Origin: Fimbriosthenelais zetlandica
Taxonomy: Eukaryota
Length of the DNA: 64,000 nt
NCBI GenBank assembly: GCA_977030845.1
Contig: OZ365114.1
Location: 26,040,001 to 26,104,000 of the forward strand
Reading direction: 5' to 3'
The translations under genes were made by a program, and so were the position numbers. Numbering within the stretch: position 1 is the stretch's first letter; every line of letters begins with the position of its first letter. Below are positions 1-14,450 of the stretch, piece after piece. Under the pieces are notes generated by a model. That model ran no database searches. It saw nothing but the letters and a program-made list of their open reading frames with translations, and was not told the origin of the DNA.

Positions 1-3000
1 AATTTAATCATATCTTTCTCAATATTAATAGCCAATATTAATATCTTCTATGGTCAAATGAACTTAAATTCCTAATACAAAATGTCTATTCCCATGTTCC
101 CCTAAAAGATATTTTTTGGTCTAGTGAGGAGGCCTAATATCTATAACCCATATCTATAACTGTTGCCAATGAGAAAGGTGCGGGACAGATTATTTTTCCC
201 TCATATATAGTGGACCTCCCCGGTTGAAACCTATACCACCTAGGTAGATATTCTGGTACCGGAGTAGCCTACCCAGGGGAACCACTGCCGTCTTCCCCTT
301 GGCCTTCCCACACCCTGCCGAAGAAAAATCCCGGCTTCCGATTGGTGGGGTAATATTGAGCAAGGGTAGAATAATAGCAGTATCTAAAGTGATACATTTT
401 AAATGGGTATTTGGTATATTGATTGGGATTTAATCCCTGATGTAACTTGGGGCAAGGTGAACCAGGGAAAGCTGCGTGATCCAAGTTACATGAATCCATG
501 ATTGACTGGGATGGATTTAAACTATAAGGAGCTATTGGAAGAATGGGATAGAAGGTGCACCAGATAGGGACACGATTTAAAGAGAAAGAAGGGAGTATTC
601 CTCCAGGCAGGAGGTGCAAGGATGGAAGTTTGAGGGTTCGGGAGAGCCCCGGGTATGTACTGTACAGAAAGGGAAGAGCGGAAGGCAAAATAAGGAGCAG
701 GGAAATGGGAGAAATGTAGGGGAATCCAGGGCCATGCAGACAGGAGGAAAATAATTCTTCACTGTGAAATTAGTCTGTATTAAAATGAGGTGTAATCAGG
801 GACGACAGGCCACGGTGAGGAATGAAGGAATTCATTGAGAAATCAATCAAAGTTTGAAAAACTTCCTCCCTGTAGGCCGGCCCATGAATGAGACTGCTCA
901 TTAAAAGGCAAAGTTATGAAATCATATCACATTCACAATGATTGAAGGCCTCCATTCAATTTGTAGAAATGAATTGTATGATTGCTTCTATTTGAAAAAT
1001 TACATTTTGATCGCGGGAGACTATGGGGGGATAACTACCCTTTGTTATTATTCCAAGAAAAACTCTGAAAATTTACTTTCATTATCTGCCTTCAAACATC
1101 AATATCTTCACTTTCATCAAAGGTTATTTTCGTCTGAGATCCATAAAGAATTATTATATGGAACTTGATGAAGAATTTCACAGATTGAGGAGAGATGAAT
1201 GAGGGAATGTGTAATGCGAAATTTGAAAAAATAAACCTTCAGGTTTGGTTACGGGGCTTGGCAGCTTAAGGAAATCGTATCCCCCCTGCTCTGAGGCGAT
1301 CAAGTCGGGGTGCTTACATGTATATTTACATGGTGTAACATGCACCTGGTATAATATATACACATGTCAGCTTAGGAAGGAGGCGGATTAACTCCTGTTA
1401 TCTCCTGACAGATCAGATACATGTTGATTGGTGGTATCCATATTGAATCACTTAATGCCATATGTAATCCCTGGTTTGTTTTGTATGGTTATAACCATGC
1501 TATATACAGGATATCGTGACATGCACTAATTATTCACATTCATTCCTACCATCCCTCCTCCTAATCTTAACATGGCCTAATCACTTCATCTGATAAACAC
1601 GATTTATCACCTAATAAATCTCCACAAGACACTGATCTCTATCGTGCTCTAATTTAAGTCCCCATTAAAGGAGTAGACTACTCCACAACCGCCTTCCCCG
1701 CTCAACTATTTCATGCATTTGGGTTTCATTCATTTGCATTTCAACTTTTAGGTTTTGCATATTCCATGGCATTCTGGCAAGCTAAAGTGATACATTGCAA
1801 TGGGATAAATGGAAATTAGAAAGTAAAATAAGAAAAGTAATTATTCTTTTTCATAACATAAGAAGGAGTGGAGAAGAAAGGACATATAGGTTTAGGAAAT
1901 GACTATTTATTCCATGGTCCTCAAATAGCTAAGGTGTGAAATGGACCCATATTGGTTACCAGGAGATGCTCCTTGGTTACAGCCCCACCACTGTCTGACC
2001 TATGAGTGTCTACCAGCAGCCCGTCAATGGCATATTTGAATTGATCAGTAGTCTGCAATAATCAGGGCTGAATTAACCTCGATTGATCCTGACACTGATT
2101 GTTCTATTATCATTTGTATTGGTTCTTCCGCTTCCTGCATTCCTCCCCAATCAATGCAATCAATAGAACCTTATATACTATCAAAATAATTCCTCTTACA
2201 ACTTGAAGGGCTGGTTGGCATATTTCTTTGCTATGCCCTATCGTAAGGGACTGGGTTTATTTTATGCCCAAGATATGGAATGGAATAAATGGAACATCAA
2301 TAAATCTGAACGTCCCCCGTCCCCATCACATTTGACCACCGAGCTACTCCACACCGGCTCGCCAGCCTTCCAGCCACATCTCCCACTTTGTCCCGGCCAA
2401 AGTCTGCAATCTATAGGACCTGGTGAAGAATGTGCAAAAGACTAGACTTGCTCAAGTCCGGGATATTTATTTTAATCCTATATAAGATATACTAGCGTCA
2501 GAGGGGAACGAAGGGATCTGACCCGTTTACTCTACGTACATTCAGAGAACCCCCCTCAGTGCCCCATCTAGAGGACCCCTTCTTGTCTGCCCTTTGCCCA
2601 CCCTCTGTCATGGAGACGATGGCTAGTTTAGAGCTGGTCCTCCCCCGCCGGCTGATGCTTGTATAGCTTTTAAGTCTCAGGTGGGTTCTCACTTCCAAGT
2701 GAGGGATGCTGATTTGGCCGCCTGCCCGCCGGCGTGTGGCCCAAACCCACTGCACCGTTTCATTACGACTTGGGCCGCGCCGTTCAGCCTTGAAATTATT
2801 CACTTTGCGCGGCGATAAATAGTACCTTATTGACGGCCCGTCAAGTGGATGGTGCGTATAGGTATGTGTGTAGACTCTCTACACACAAACTAACCTCCCC
2901 GGGGACCTGGAGCTGTTGAGTAGGACAAGAACATTTTGTGAATTATTCATGAAGTCGTTTTGTGCATGAATGTTTTATGTAAGACTCTGACACTAAACAC

Positions 3001-4631
3001 ATCAGTTATCTAACCACCCTGCCCTCACTCACACACACATGTCTTCCCCTTGTATTAACCCCTCTGTGCCATATGCTTTATACCCCGTGAAAAAAATGCT
3101 GTCTTATAGGATCATTAATCCAGGGCTTAAATTTATAAGGATCTTTAATTAAAGACCCTTTTCAACATACCAATTTGTTGGATCCCTATTCTGTAGTTTG
3201 ATTATATGAAGAACTCAGGAAGGGAGTCCAAGTTACTCCCAAGCAAACTTACAGCATTATTATTTTGTCAATGTAAGTAGTATGTGAAATGCCCCTATTT
3301 ACCTCATGTGTCAGTGCCAGTTAGAATGGTACTCAGGATTTTCAGTATAAAAGAATACAGCAAGTATTCTACCCGCGCACCTTGATATGCTGTTTAAAGC
3401 ACCCGCCGTAAAAAAGAAGATTGATTTTCCAGCCTCAGCCATAAATAGGCTAAATATCACCTGGTCCCCTCCCTCCCTAAACTGGTATGATATAAAACAT
3501 TGATCAGATATGATCCCAAACCCCGCTCCCATACATCACGGCATCACAGTACTTATGGGATGAAAAGTGTATCACTCATCCTATCATCGCTAGGAGGGGG
3601 ATGAGGGCGGGGTGAAAGAGGTGGGGGTGGCTAGAATATATATTAGAAGCCTTAAGGGTTTGAGGAGTAAGGGGGACAGGAAGGCTTGTGTCAAGCCATT
3701 TGTGAAATATTGCTTGATCTGGAGGAGAGAGATCCAAGTGGGGTGATCAGAATTCCCGGAAGGGGGCAGGCTGGTAGGGGAGAGTTTGTGAGTTGTTTGT
3801 CTTTACTGATGGATGCACATTGATTCTGTGCGGGGGAGTATAGGCTGGAGTGGGGTGGGGGCGGACACTTGAGGGGGGGGGGGGTGTTAAAGGGGATGGG
3901 AAAATCTACCATATTAGCCAAATACTGAAGGAATACTATAAAATATTCTTTACTTTATTCTATAAAATAATCCATATTCAGTGGTAGCAAGGATTAATTT
4001 ATAAATTAGCTAAACTGATTGAAAATCTTAACCATTAATTTGCTACTTTTGTCTATAATGCTTGTCATGAAGACTTGAACGCATATTCAAGCATTGAATT
4101 TTAATCTGCAAACCTGTCCATTAATTTACTAATGAATTTCTTGAATGACATTCATTATAAATTTTTATTCTTATATTGTACGGAATTCTGGGTTGGAGGA
4201 AGTCAAGACAATTTTAGTGGGTTGCCAGGGTTGTCAAGGAAAAGATTTGGGAGCTAAGCATATTACTTTGGAAAGACAATTAACCCAGTTAGTGACTATT
4301 GGCCACTGGTAGAATCCAATTAAGAAGCTTATCAACTGTGTAAGGAAAGTTTAAAGTCTCTTATCTCCCAGAGAGAGGCTTCTCTAACCCTATCAGTCTA
4401 TATATGCTGACCTGAAATATAGGGATGTATATAGAATCTAAAATGTGGGAGCAGTTCGTGTGATTGACAACAAGGGAATTGAGCTTCAAAAGATAAATGA
4501 ATCTAAAGTAATGAACTCAGAATACGGCTTGTGTTAAACACTTGCTAGGTACTGAGTGGAAAATATATAGAAGATCGATGAAATGACAGGTGAATAGGAG
4601 ACAAAAGAGAAATTGGCATTGGTTAGAATAT

Positions 4632-4931
4632 ACTTCAAACAATACAAAGATTAAAGGGCCAAAGATCTGAGTGTGAAAAATCACAAAAATTGCTGATAAA
4701 GAGTCATAAAGATTGATGAAGAGAAAAATATGATTTCTGATTCCAAGAATGAATAAAGATATTTTAGAAGATAAGAACTTCAAACAATACAAAGATTAAA
4801 GGCACATTTGGCCAAAGATCTAAGTATGAAAAATCACGATAAAATTGCTGATAAACAGTCATAACGATTGATGAAGAGAAAAATATGATTTCTGATTCCA
4901 AGAATGACTAAAGATATTTTATAAGATAAGA
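4632..4931. repeat. Tandem duplication of a ~145-155 bp unit (2 copies)
   Basis: ACTTCAAACAATACAAAGATTAAAGG...GATTTCTGATTCCAAGAATGA.TAAAGATATTTT..AAGATAAGA occurs at 4632-4776 and again at 4777-4931, with a few substitutions and a short insertion in copy 2. Confidence 0.9.
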
Positions 4932-6188
4932 AGCATATCCCAGCCATATTATCAGTACTGGTCACAGGCTGTGAGTGGTTTGTAATAGAGGTCCCCTGTC
5001 CTCACATTCTGATACAGAAGCTACACTCGTCCTCAGAGAGTGTGCCAAGTCTTCTCTTGTTTTCCCTGAAGCCCAATCTGCTTCTGCGTCTGCTCCATCA
5101 TCTCAGTGAGTTGATCCAACCTCAGGGATGTCTTCTCTATACGTGCTCCTCTACCAAACAGTCACTGTTCACCGTGTGAGGAGGAGGCACTCCACAACTA
5201 CACTGGTGCTCCTAATATATTAAACATTAAACTTTAATATTATTCAGGTGTCATCCCCATTCCCAATCATACCTCTGTAGATACGCCAACAATACTCCAT
5301 TTGACATTATCATGTGGTGTGGTAGTGCCCTCCCATCTCTCCCTCAACCTGTAGCCTACCAAGGACTAAAGGGAGGATCGGCCGCTACCAGAGCCAGCTT
5401 CTCTCTAATGTCCTTCAGTCCAATGTGTGATGGCTTTACAATTAGATTACTGCCTACCTAAGCAGGAATTTGTTGCCAATAGCAAAGGATTGTCAGGGGG
5501 ATTCAGGTCCCACTTTTATATTGATGTATTTTCTTCGTGTACCGATTGCCACCTATCAGAGTACCTGCATACATGCGAAACAGATTTTACTCCAGTAGCC
5601 TAGTATAGACATAGGCCTATAGGTACTTTATATCCATAGAACACAAAAATATGAGTGGATCTCCCCCACCCGCTCCCTTTCCCAGCATACTGGTTTCGCT
5701 CTCGTCTTTCCCAACCCAGACCCTCTTTTTCCAGGAGAAGATTCCCTTATCTATGTGTATGTTGTTTATCATTTAACCTAAATATTTGGTTTTGAACTTC
5801 ACAGTGCACTAGTTCTTCATCTGATTTTACTGTTATCAAGGATTTCGAAGTCGTTGGGAACTGTCTGCAAACCTTAAGATAAAAGACAGAGAAGACTCGA
5901 CTCTCTTTAACATAGATAGTGTTATATACACCACTTTGACCCACCTCTTTCTAGCCCCTCTTATCTCAAGTGTCTCTCACAGGCAGACACTTTCATAGCC
6001 CGAAATGAACATAGGACTTCTTATCAAGGGGACAGATAATGATCCAACTTAACACAAACATACAGATATTTGTATACACTCTCTGGGTTCTGGATGAAAT
6101 GAGTCAGGATGTGAACATTTTAATGTGAGAGTGCTTTGGCTGACTTAAGTGCTTTATGTGAGATTCACATCTATACAAATAGTTTTAG

Positions 6189-6220
6189 GTGAGTGAAAAG
6201 TGTAAAATTATCCATGTTTG
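6189..6220 (+). other. Weak candidate recursive splice junction / 32-nt cryptic exon
   Basis: TTTTAG|GTGAGT at 6188/6189 with a downstream donor TTG|GTAAGC at 6221. The polypyrimidine tract is short and another AG lies 7 nt upstream, so the acceptor is weak. Confidence 0.2.
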
Positions 6221-6559
6221 GTAAGCATATTGCAGATTATTGATATTCCCCGAACTGGATATATATGTACTGGCTCTGAAAGTACTTATGTTCTACTGTC
6301 AGATATATGATATGTTTATTGATAAAGGCTAGTTCACCCAACATGAGTCCTCGCCCTCCTAATTCACCTCTGCATAATAAAGCTGGTAAATTATTCTCTC
6401 GGTGATGCTACCATTCTATACGAGCCAACTAATGGATTATTCCTGTTAAATGAATAGTAACTGAAGTGTTGAAATAAGCAAAACCTAACAAGATGTAGCA
6501 TTTGGCATTTATCTCAATTTATGAGAGCAGATATACGTGAATGTCAATAACGCCTCTGA

Positions 6560-6660
6560 CAGCGTTATCATCGGGTTGGTGTCGTAATCGAAAATCTCGG
6601 TTTCCGGCAGCGGCGCGTTGCGCATGTGTGTCGGCAGTGGGTTCGAGCAATGAGAGATAT
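6560..6660. promoter_or_regulatory. CpG-rich promoter/enhancer-like element (ETS + NRF1-like)
   Basis: Locally dense CpG; TTCCGG (ETS core) at 6602-6607; TGCGCATG (NRF1-like) at 6619-6626. Motif evidence only. Confidence 0.4.
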
Positions 6661-7032
6661 GTCGTAACCACAGAAATCAATATGTCCTTGTCTGAGTGGG
6701 TTGGGGGAGACATACTCATAGAGGAGGGGGGGGGGGGGTAAGGAGAGTCTAAATAAAGGTGTGTCGGTTGATGTTGAAAGGTGGGGGAGAGAGGAAGATG
6801 AAAGAACTGGTATCAACTATCATGGAATCTTGGGATCTATATTACACCTGTGTACATCCTGAGAAAGCAGCAGTACTCTAGGCCTATTCAATCCTGGTGT
6901 AATAATTATTGTCCCCATGCCAAATTTCTTAAAACAGATTTCTTCATATCTTACACATGCCCTGGTTTACATTCCAAACCCTGAGCCTCCCAGACTTACC
7001 CTTATGAGGCCATATAGGTCTATGCCTGTTTT

Positions 7033-7059
7033 CTTAGAGTAAAATCATTTTACTCTAAG
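7033..7059. repeat. Perfect short palindrome (12-bp arms, 3-nt loop)
   Basis: CTTAGAGTAAAA-TCA-TTTTACTCTAAG. Its right part (AATCATTTTACTCTAAG) recurs in the tandem repeat at 30041-30106. Confidence 0.8.
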
Positions 7060-10000
7060 CTGTTTTGAACCATCTGGATGTTTACCATCTATCTATAGAT
7101 TGGCTATCACTGAGTTTATTACCAATTAAGGCCCAATGCCTGAGAAGCTTTGATCATTCTTTATTAATTTTATTTTATTACTTGGTGTTGAGAACCAGGC
7201 TCTCGTGCTCTCTTCACCTGGAGTCTTTACCGTGTTGTTGCTAACTAAAGCCAGAACATGGACCTTGGCATTGAGGAGCCCTCGGTCCATAAGTCACTTT
7301 TATCTGTGTACCCTTCCCACTTAACTCTCTGCTGGCTTCACTGTTTCTTGTTGACAGATCAGTATTTCTCCAGTCTTATCCTGGAAGTGAATGCTTAAAT
7401 GTGTGCTTCTGTACACAAGCATATATCTATACTCACCTGTACCACTCAGTGCCAACATTAAGAGAATAGAGATCAAAGGATTGACTGATATATTTTTCAA
7501 AGACACGTTCTTAAACAAATTTTACAACACTGTCTACAGATAGAGACTCATTCAGATAACTCTCTGACTGGTGTACATTTTTTCTCAATGTGTGTTTCTT
7601 AGTGTGATACTGAAAGGTGCATCATGCCTGGGCGTTAAGCAATCATCTCCCCTATAAGTAAATCAAGTAGCATTCATACCATTTCCATACTCCTGAGACA
7701 AATATATAATGCTGGTAATTTGTTTTTTACACCTAGTAATTAACTCCCCCTTCTATTTTGATTTATTTTGGGGACACACACTGTCCCTGATATGAGTACA
7801 AATGATATGTTGTAACATTTTAAAGGCAGTTTGTGGGGCAGAGAAAAGGGCAATTCCCCTTACCAGCCTTCCACTCAGTGGTGGTAATAAGTCAAAACGG
7901 CGATGCAAAGCGAATGTTATTCATTTGCCGGTGAATAGCCGTGATGGATTGTGGCTTTCTACCGTGGTCACAGAGGGGGAGTTATAACCGTAATCCCTCT
8001 ACAACCGTGTGTTAGCCCTGACAGCTAGGTTACATTGTATATATATGATATCCCTGGGTGGTCTCACGTCCCTGGAAAAAGGCGAGACAGGCTTATTCAT
8101 TTACATGTGTGGCGAACAGAAGTTGAAGGGTAACGTTTGTTACCAAGGTGAATAAGTCCATCTGAATCAAAGGATTCAATGTGTCAATACTTAAGATGAG
8201 AATCACGAGCTCAATGGATGGGAATCTGTGTTTAAAGTAGCATGACACGTACAGTGGTGGTATTAAATACTGCTTAACACACTTTTTAGCCAAGTGGGAG
8301 GCTGAGGTCTTATTGCAACACCCCTCAGTTAAAGGGAAAGAAGTTTTTTATTTTGATGAATATGTTTATACTATATTCTCTTTATTTACCCAGGATATTG
8401 CCTCCAATCAATCTTAACGCTGGGAGATGGCATTGGCCATTAATTGTAGGAGATGTGTAATTCAGGGGACCGTTTATTCATGTGTGCATAGATTTACGTT
8501 ATGTCTTTGGGAGAGAGAGGAAATAACTTCTTTAATACGATGGGCCATCGTGATTTAAATACCACTAAGCAATGATTCAGCAGTTAGTGCTGTAATAGGT
8601 GTGTAGAGGTTTTACCTTCTGGTACAATGCTGTACTACGACTCCTGCTTGGCGAATAGGTTTAGTAGGGAAGAAAATCACTTTGTGACAATTGAAAATAG
8701 AAAAGGGCGGACACAGTAGCTAACTGATGGGAGATCAAAGAGATGGAGAAGGGAAGAGGGGACAGCTGGCAAGTAGGACAAAGAAGGCAATCTAACAAGG
8801 TGTTGTTGGCAAGAGGAGGTAGGTGAGGGAGGCAGATCTCTCCCCAACAAAAACTCTATCCACACACTCCCTCCTCTATACATCTATACCCATCAGCTGG
8901 AGGCAAATCCTGGCTCTTAGCAAGAACAATTCACTTGAAGCAGATGTCTTCTATCGTTGAATTTTATCATTGTGCTTGTAGTAGGCTCGTTCAATGCTTT
9001 ACCTCAGAGAGGATCAATAGTACAACCCTGCTACATTGATAAATTGATATCTATAGTTGATTCACACTGACTCGATCATTTATAGTTGAAACAACCATGA
9101 TGAAGCATTCCAGCTATGTAAATCTTCTCTGACTTGATCGAGTTTGACATATTTTTATCCTGATATGTTGATACAAAATATAATACCTCAGATATTGTAA
9201 CATCAGACATTCTTCCCAATTTTGATGAGCATTCTCACTTTTCTAACAGTTTTTTCTCTCAGGAATAAGGCAAAATTGTTGAAGTTTATATGAAGTGGCT
9301 GTGAACTGTGGTGTTCATTTTTTCCATATGTCTGAATCTGTTATAACATACATCAGAATAGACGCCACTCAGCCCTCCCAGCTTCGTGCTTAAACTGGTA
9401 CTGGGAAGGAAAAGTGCTTCAGAGAATGAAGAAAGCTGTCAGCACTGTCATCTGACTAGCTGTCATTACATCCCTCCCCTCCATATATCATGTATCACCC
9501 CGCTGGCATCAAATATATCATACCACTCTATACATCTTGTGCGTCTTCACCCAACCCATGAGTTCACTGCACAGTTTCCTTCATTTTCTCATAACTGGGT
9601 CATACATGTTAGAGGGAAGGTATGCATGTAAATTACCCTGAGGTATGAATGGGAAATCATGCTATATAGCTCTAGCTTGTTGACCTTGCCAATTAAATGC
9701 TAATACATTAATTACAGGTGCATAATTAGTGAGGGCAGAAGGCTGGGCAAGGTTAGCCTCATTATCTATAATCACAGTTATTACGAGACGAATAGATAGC
9801 GGTGTTAATTCCTAGGGTAGGAATAGGTGGCGTGCTGAACGCCGTATATGACAATTGGCAGACATTGGTCTATAATTTTCTCCCTATTTGTATTCCCAAT
9901 TCATTCTATAATCAATATATATCACAGGTACAGTTGACATATAGGAACAATTATATATTAGTTACATTCTTCCTGTTGGTGCTATTAGGCAGGTATCGGG

Positions 10001-13000
10001 AAATAATGGAGGGGAATAATTATTTTCAAAGGGACACCGTTTTAGGATTATAGCTAGTCAGTGGCGGATTAAGCCTTGAATCATTGGAGTTAAATTCAAC
10101 TTAATTAGAAGGTATTAGCATCTTCTACCTAATATAATAGCTGAAACACCCCCTGAATGTGTTAATCTTCTCGGGATTTGGGTATTGTCCCCAGGATTGT
10201 GAGACAAGTCTTTCATGGATCAATAAAATCTTACTGGTGATTATTATAAGGAGTCGCTATAGAGCATCCGCACTTCTCATATAGAATGAAATTTAACCAT
10301 ATAACGCTATTAAAGCTGCTGAAAGTGTACCTAGAGCATGTGGTATCCAGCGTAACTGTGGTTTATCTTTGGCTATAGCTGTATCACACCACACCTTGAG
10401 CTATGTTTGGTAGGAAACAAGCCTGGGTTGTATGGTGTAAGCTCTATAGTACAGGATGCTGTGTGTATGTGACTCCTTTAGGAGTTAAGTGGTGCGTGGC
10501 TGAGCATGCTGTGTAAATACTGGGCTCCTGTTGTGTCACAAAGTGTGAAACCGCCTTGCAGGGGGTCTGTATCGAAAAACAGCCCAGGTAATGCAACCCT
10601 CACTTTTAATGGACCCCCAGGTGGGACAGCTAAGTCCCCTTTCAAATTGGCCATCATGTATTTCACTGGGCTTTCCTCCAATGTGTTGGTTACCAATGTT
10701 GACCCATCGGTGATTTTGTTTGCAGTCATTGCGATAAGAATAACAACCATACTGGAAATCTTGCAATGCCAACTTGAAATCGATTGCTCTTGAACTCTGT
10801 GTGACCGTGATATGTATGCATGGAATAAGCTGTATCGGTTACCATATCAATAGGTGATCAATGTGTCCTATAGTCCTCTCCATAGTGGACCCATGTCTTC
10901 CTTCGTGTCTGGGCCAGTATGTTCAGGGCTTAATCAATCCACAAATTTCAAACCTTAAGAATAATCCCCAAGGTTAATCATCATATGCAAGGGGTATGCA
11001 TCATCAATGCATTAGAGAGCTTAGATGATTGAAATCTTGAATGCACTTTTGAGTGATTACTGCTCTCAAGATGAAGCATTTTGGTTTATATCCTCTTTTC
11101 CTATGAAATCTATTTGGTGATATCTTTCTAAGAACCAGGACATCTAGTACTATCAAGCTTCCCCTTTTGTTTGCTCACTTTTACAACCTTTTACAACACT
11201 GGAGAAAATCCCTGACTGGGTTGAGAGTACTTCCCACTGCCGCACCATGCAAAGAGTCGGGTTAAGAGGTGGGAGAAGGAGGATTAAACAGACTTAGCTT
11301 TCATATCACAAGCGTCTGAGATTTCCCTTCCATTGAATGTTCACACAACACCTTTCATGCCTTCTAATATACCTGTGACGGTTTCACTATAGATGCCTTA
11401 TACATCACTGCCACGAGGAACATTCAAACATAACCAATTTAGGTGCTGTTTCCTTGGTTCATGACCGATATTTTAAGACGTATACTGATGGGAAGAATTG
11501 ATGTAAGATGGGCATGAGATGGAGCTGGAAGGGTTAAGATTGTTGCTAATCTGCTAGGTTTTAACACCTTTGTAGACACCTTCTTCAAGGGGAATTGCTT
11601 TCAGTGGCGCCTCTATGCTCTTCACGGACAAATTGCTCTTACAAAGCTTTGTCGGTGAGACTAAAGGTTCACTCTTTATGTAACGTCCCCTCGAGCTTTC
11701 CCACCTATTTTCGTCCCAATTCACCTGGGTCAAAACCTCTTATTTATTGATAGTTGATTTGTTCAATACACATGCGATTCGGTCCGTTACAAACGTGAAT
11801 GGGGGCCAACAAGAACGTCCCCACTTGAGGCTTTTAATCGCCCACTTTTCAAGGGTATTGTAATAAAAAGAATCGGGAGCCGGATCCTTTATTTGATTTT
11901 TATAATATGAAAATAGACTTCTCTTCAAAGGGCACATCTCCAATGGATTTGGAGAGGTGAATGCAGCTGCTGACCCATATGTAGTCTGAAGATGTCTTGG
12001 AGAATGAGGACTCTATAGTGAAACAGGGCCTGGGTCTTCTTAAATCATTTCTGCTTCATTTGTTAAGTCAACGTTTTACCAGCTCTTGGCAGGCGGGCAT
12101 GAAATGGGATCTGGTATGGTTTCACAGCTATGTAAACCCACATCAAAAGCAATCTCTTCTTTCTTGACAAGCTTTCCATTTTTCCATTACAGTCAGTGTG
12201 GGCAATTTACCCTAATCATCCCACTACGACTTTTCTTCCATTTACTCTGGCTCATTGGAAATTATGGACCCAATGAAAATATCGACATACCTTTAAGTAC
12301 ATACTTTAAATTCCCCCACCATAACAGACAACACATGCATACATAAAGCCGCGAGGATTGATACCCATTCACTGCTTCAGTTAACACTCAGACCAGTTAT
12401 GATGGTTTCAAGTCGTTTATCCATATCCAGATGATATTTGGTTTTAATTAAGCCTTGAAAAGATTCTAATTTTGCTGGATTTGCGTTCGTGCGCTGACTG
12501 AATAAGGTCTCGCATGGTGGGGAAGTGTAAGCAATAGCTGCTTTACCTCAAGATTGAACTCGGGTCTCGCGAATTCAATTTAGATATCTTATTAGGTGAC
12601 ATGAATTTCTCGTTTAGCACTGGAATCTGAAAAGGCCCTGAAAGCGTTACACAAAGGTGGACTATGGTGCACCAACATCGCTTTCCTGCATTTTTGGATT
12701 TCCCCGGATATTTTTTTTATTTTGTTGAATTTATTCACCGACTGGTGAAGATATTCTTGTTCTGAGAAGCATCCACTGACAATGGACAGTGGAAGGCACA
12801 GAAAATAATAAGCAGTCATAATTAACTCAACTGCAAATGCCAGCAGGCCAAGTTAAGAAATCAAATGAGAGAAGGCTGAAAAAAATTGTCTTGACCATCC
12901 GTGAAAGACTTGTTGTTATGGAGCTGGCTCAAATAATTCTTTCACTCAATATTAAACACAAAAGAAACAGATACTAATTCCTGTAGTCATCATCTTCATC

Positions 13001-14290
13001 CTAAATTCGCATCTCAAAAATTGCACTCTTGATGCTATTTCCGATTTAAAATATAAGAGTAATATAATTTCTGGCAAGGGATGCCCTACTGGTTTGGTAA
13101 ATGAAAACTGTGGCAATATTGGAGCCAGACTAGCCCTACTTATATTACACTATCCACATTTTCCTCTCCACTATTAGAGCTACCTGTGGACCCGTTGCTA
13201 TGTTTGATTGGTAAACAGGGCTCAAGGGTTGCATGTCCAGGACAACCTCCAACTCCTGCCCCAATGAATGTACACCCTAGGCCTATAACTCTTAAACATC
13301 GCCTGGTAACGGTGAAAGTAGTCCTTAATTGTGATATATGACAGGGGCGGAGTGATACATTAAGTTGTGTTATAAGCAATCCCCGAATTATAATGGAAGA
13401 CCCTAGATTGATCATAAATATAATGGGGCGTTGTAATCTCTAGCCATTGGCGTCAATTTGCCAGTTACATTGCATTTACTCATGTTGACTTGACAAGAAA
13501 ATTACCACTCCCTTTTGACCAATCGCATTCACAGATTGTCAGAATGAACTTCTAAAGATGAAGAAGAAGGGATGACTGTTCTTGTACTGTCGTTTTACCC
13601 ACTGATTCAGAGAGGAAAGTGTTATATTATGTACTTTCAAAATTATGTTATTTGCCATGTTTTTTCTGTCAGTGTGAATCTGATAGTGACACAAATTTGA
13701 CACACCCTCCTTATACACATGAAGCCACACAATTGGAGGTTTACATTTACATATCCTGTCTGTATGCTTGTGAACATGACCAACCAAAGATCTATTACTC
13801 TGAACAAGCAGGGCCTTCACGTCTCATATAACAAATATGAGACAGTTTTGTAAGGTTTCCGAGTATAAGCACAGGGTGGCAGGTAACTATATTTGCAGAA
13901 ACCAAAACTTGAGTTTGCTATATAACAATTTTCTCCCTGCAGCCAGTTAACACTTTCAAAGCCTTATTGAAAGGAATTGAAAGTGAAATATAATGCACTT
14001 AATAGACCTTTTCGCAGGCTATAATGCACTTGTCCATAGCAAACTTGCTGTACTATTCATTTATTTAAAGAATTTTAAACACATTTGACTTCCGGTGTCA
14101 AACTTTAATGCAGAAAAATGAACTCCATAAGGTGACTACACAATTTATAATATGAAAACCAAGGTATACTGCTGCAGGGTGTGATAGACTGTTTCCAAGA
14201 ACCAAGATGGGTGGCTTTTAAAGAAATAAATCATCAGATGTGATGAATTCATACCACATTATGCCAGGTTTTAAAGCCTCTCTTGTACAC

Positions 14291-14450
14291 TAGGTCCTCA
14301 CTGAAGCCTTGGTCTTGAAGGACCTTGGTCTGAGGTAAGATTCCACACCTTGAGGCTGTATCCATGGATACAGTCTATTGACACAAAGCCCCTCAGGCTA
14401 AATTTGGCCAAGATATGAATGTATACTTAAGTTCTTTGGTCGAGGACCTA
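14291..14450. mobile_element. Degenerate fold-back / MITE-like element (~160 bp)
   Basis: Terminal inverted repeats TAGGTCCTC (14291-14299) and GAGGACCTA (14442-14450); internal inverted pair CTGAGG/CCTCAG; perfect central 18-bp palindrome CTGTATCCATGGATACAG (14356-14373). Confidence 0.55.

Noticed and set aside
10478-10793. Three overlapping ORFs of 78-95 aa suggesting a decayed viral or transposon gene
   Set aside because: No recognisable motif in any frame and no splice signals.
12540-12600. Minus-strand GCGAGACCCGAGTTCAATC resembling a tRNA T-arm / B-box
   Set aside because: The loop is 6 nt, with no A-box or cloverleaf upstream.
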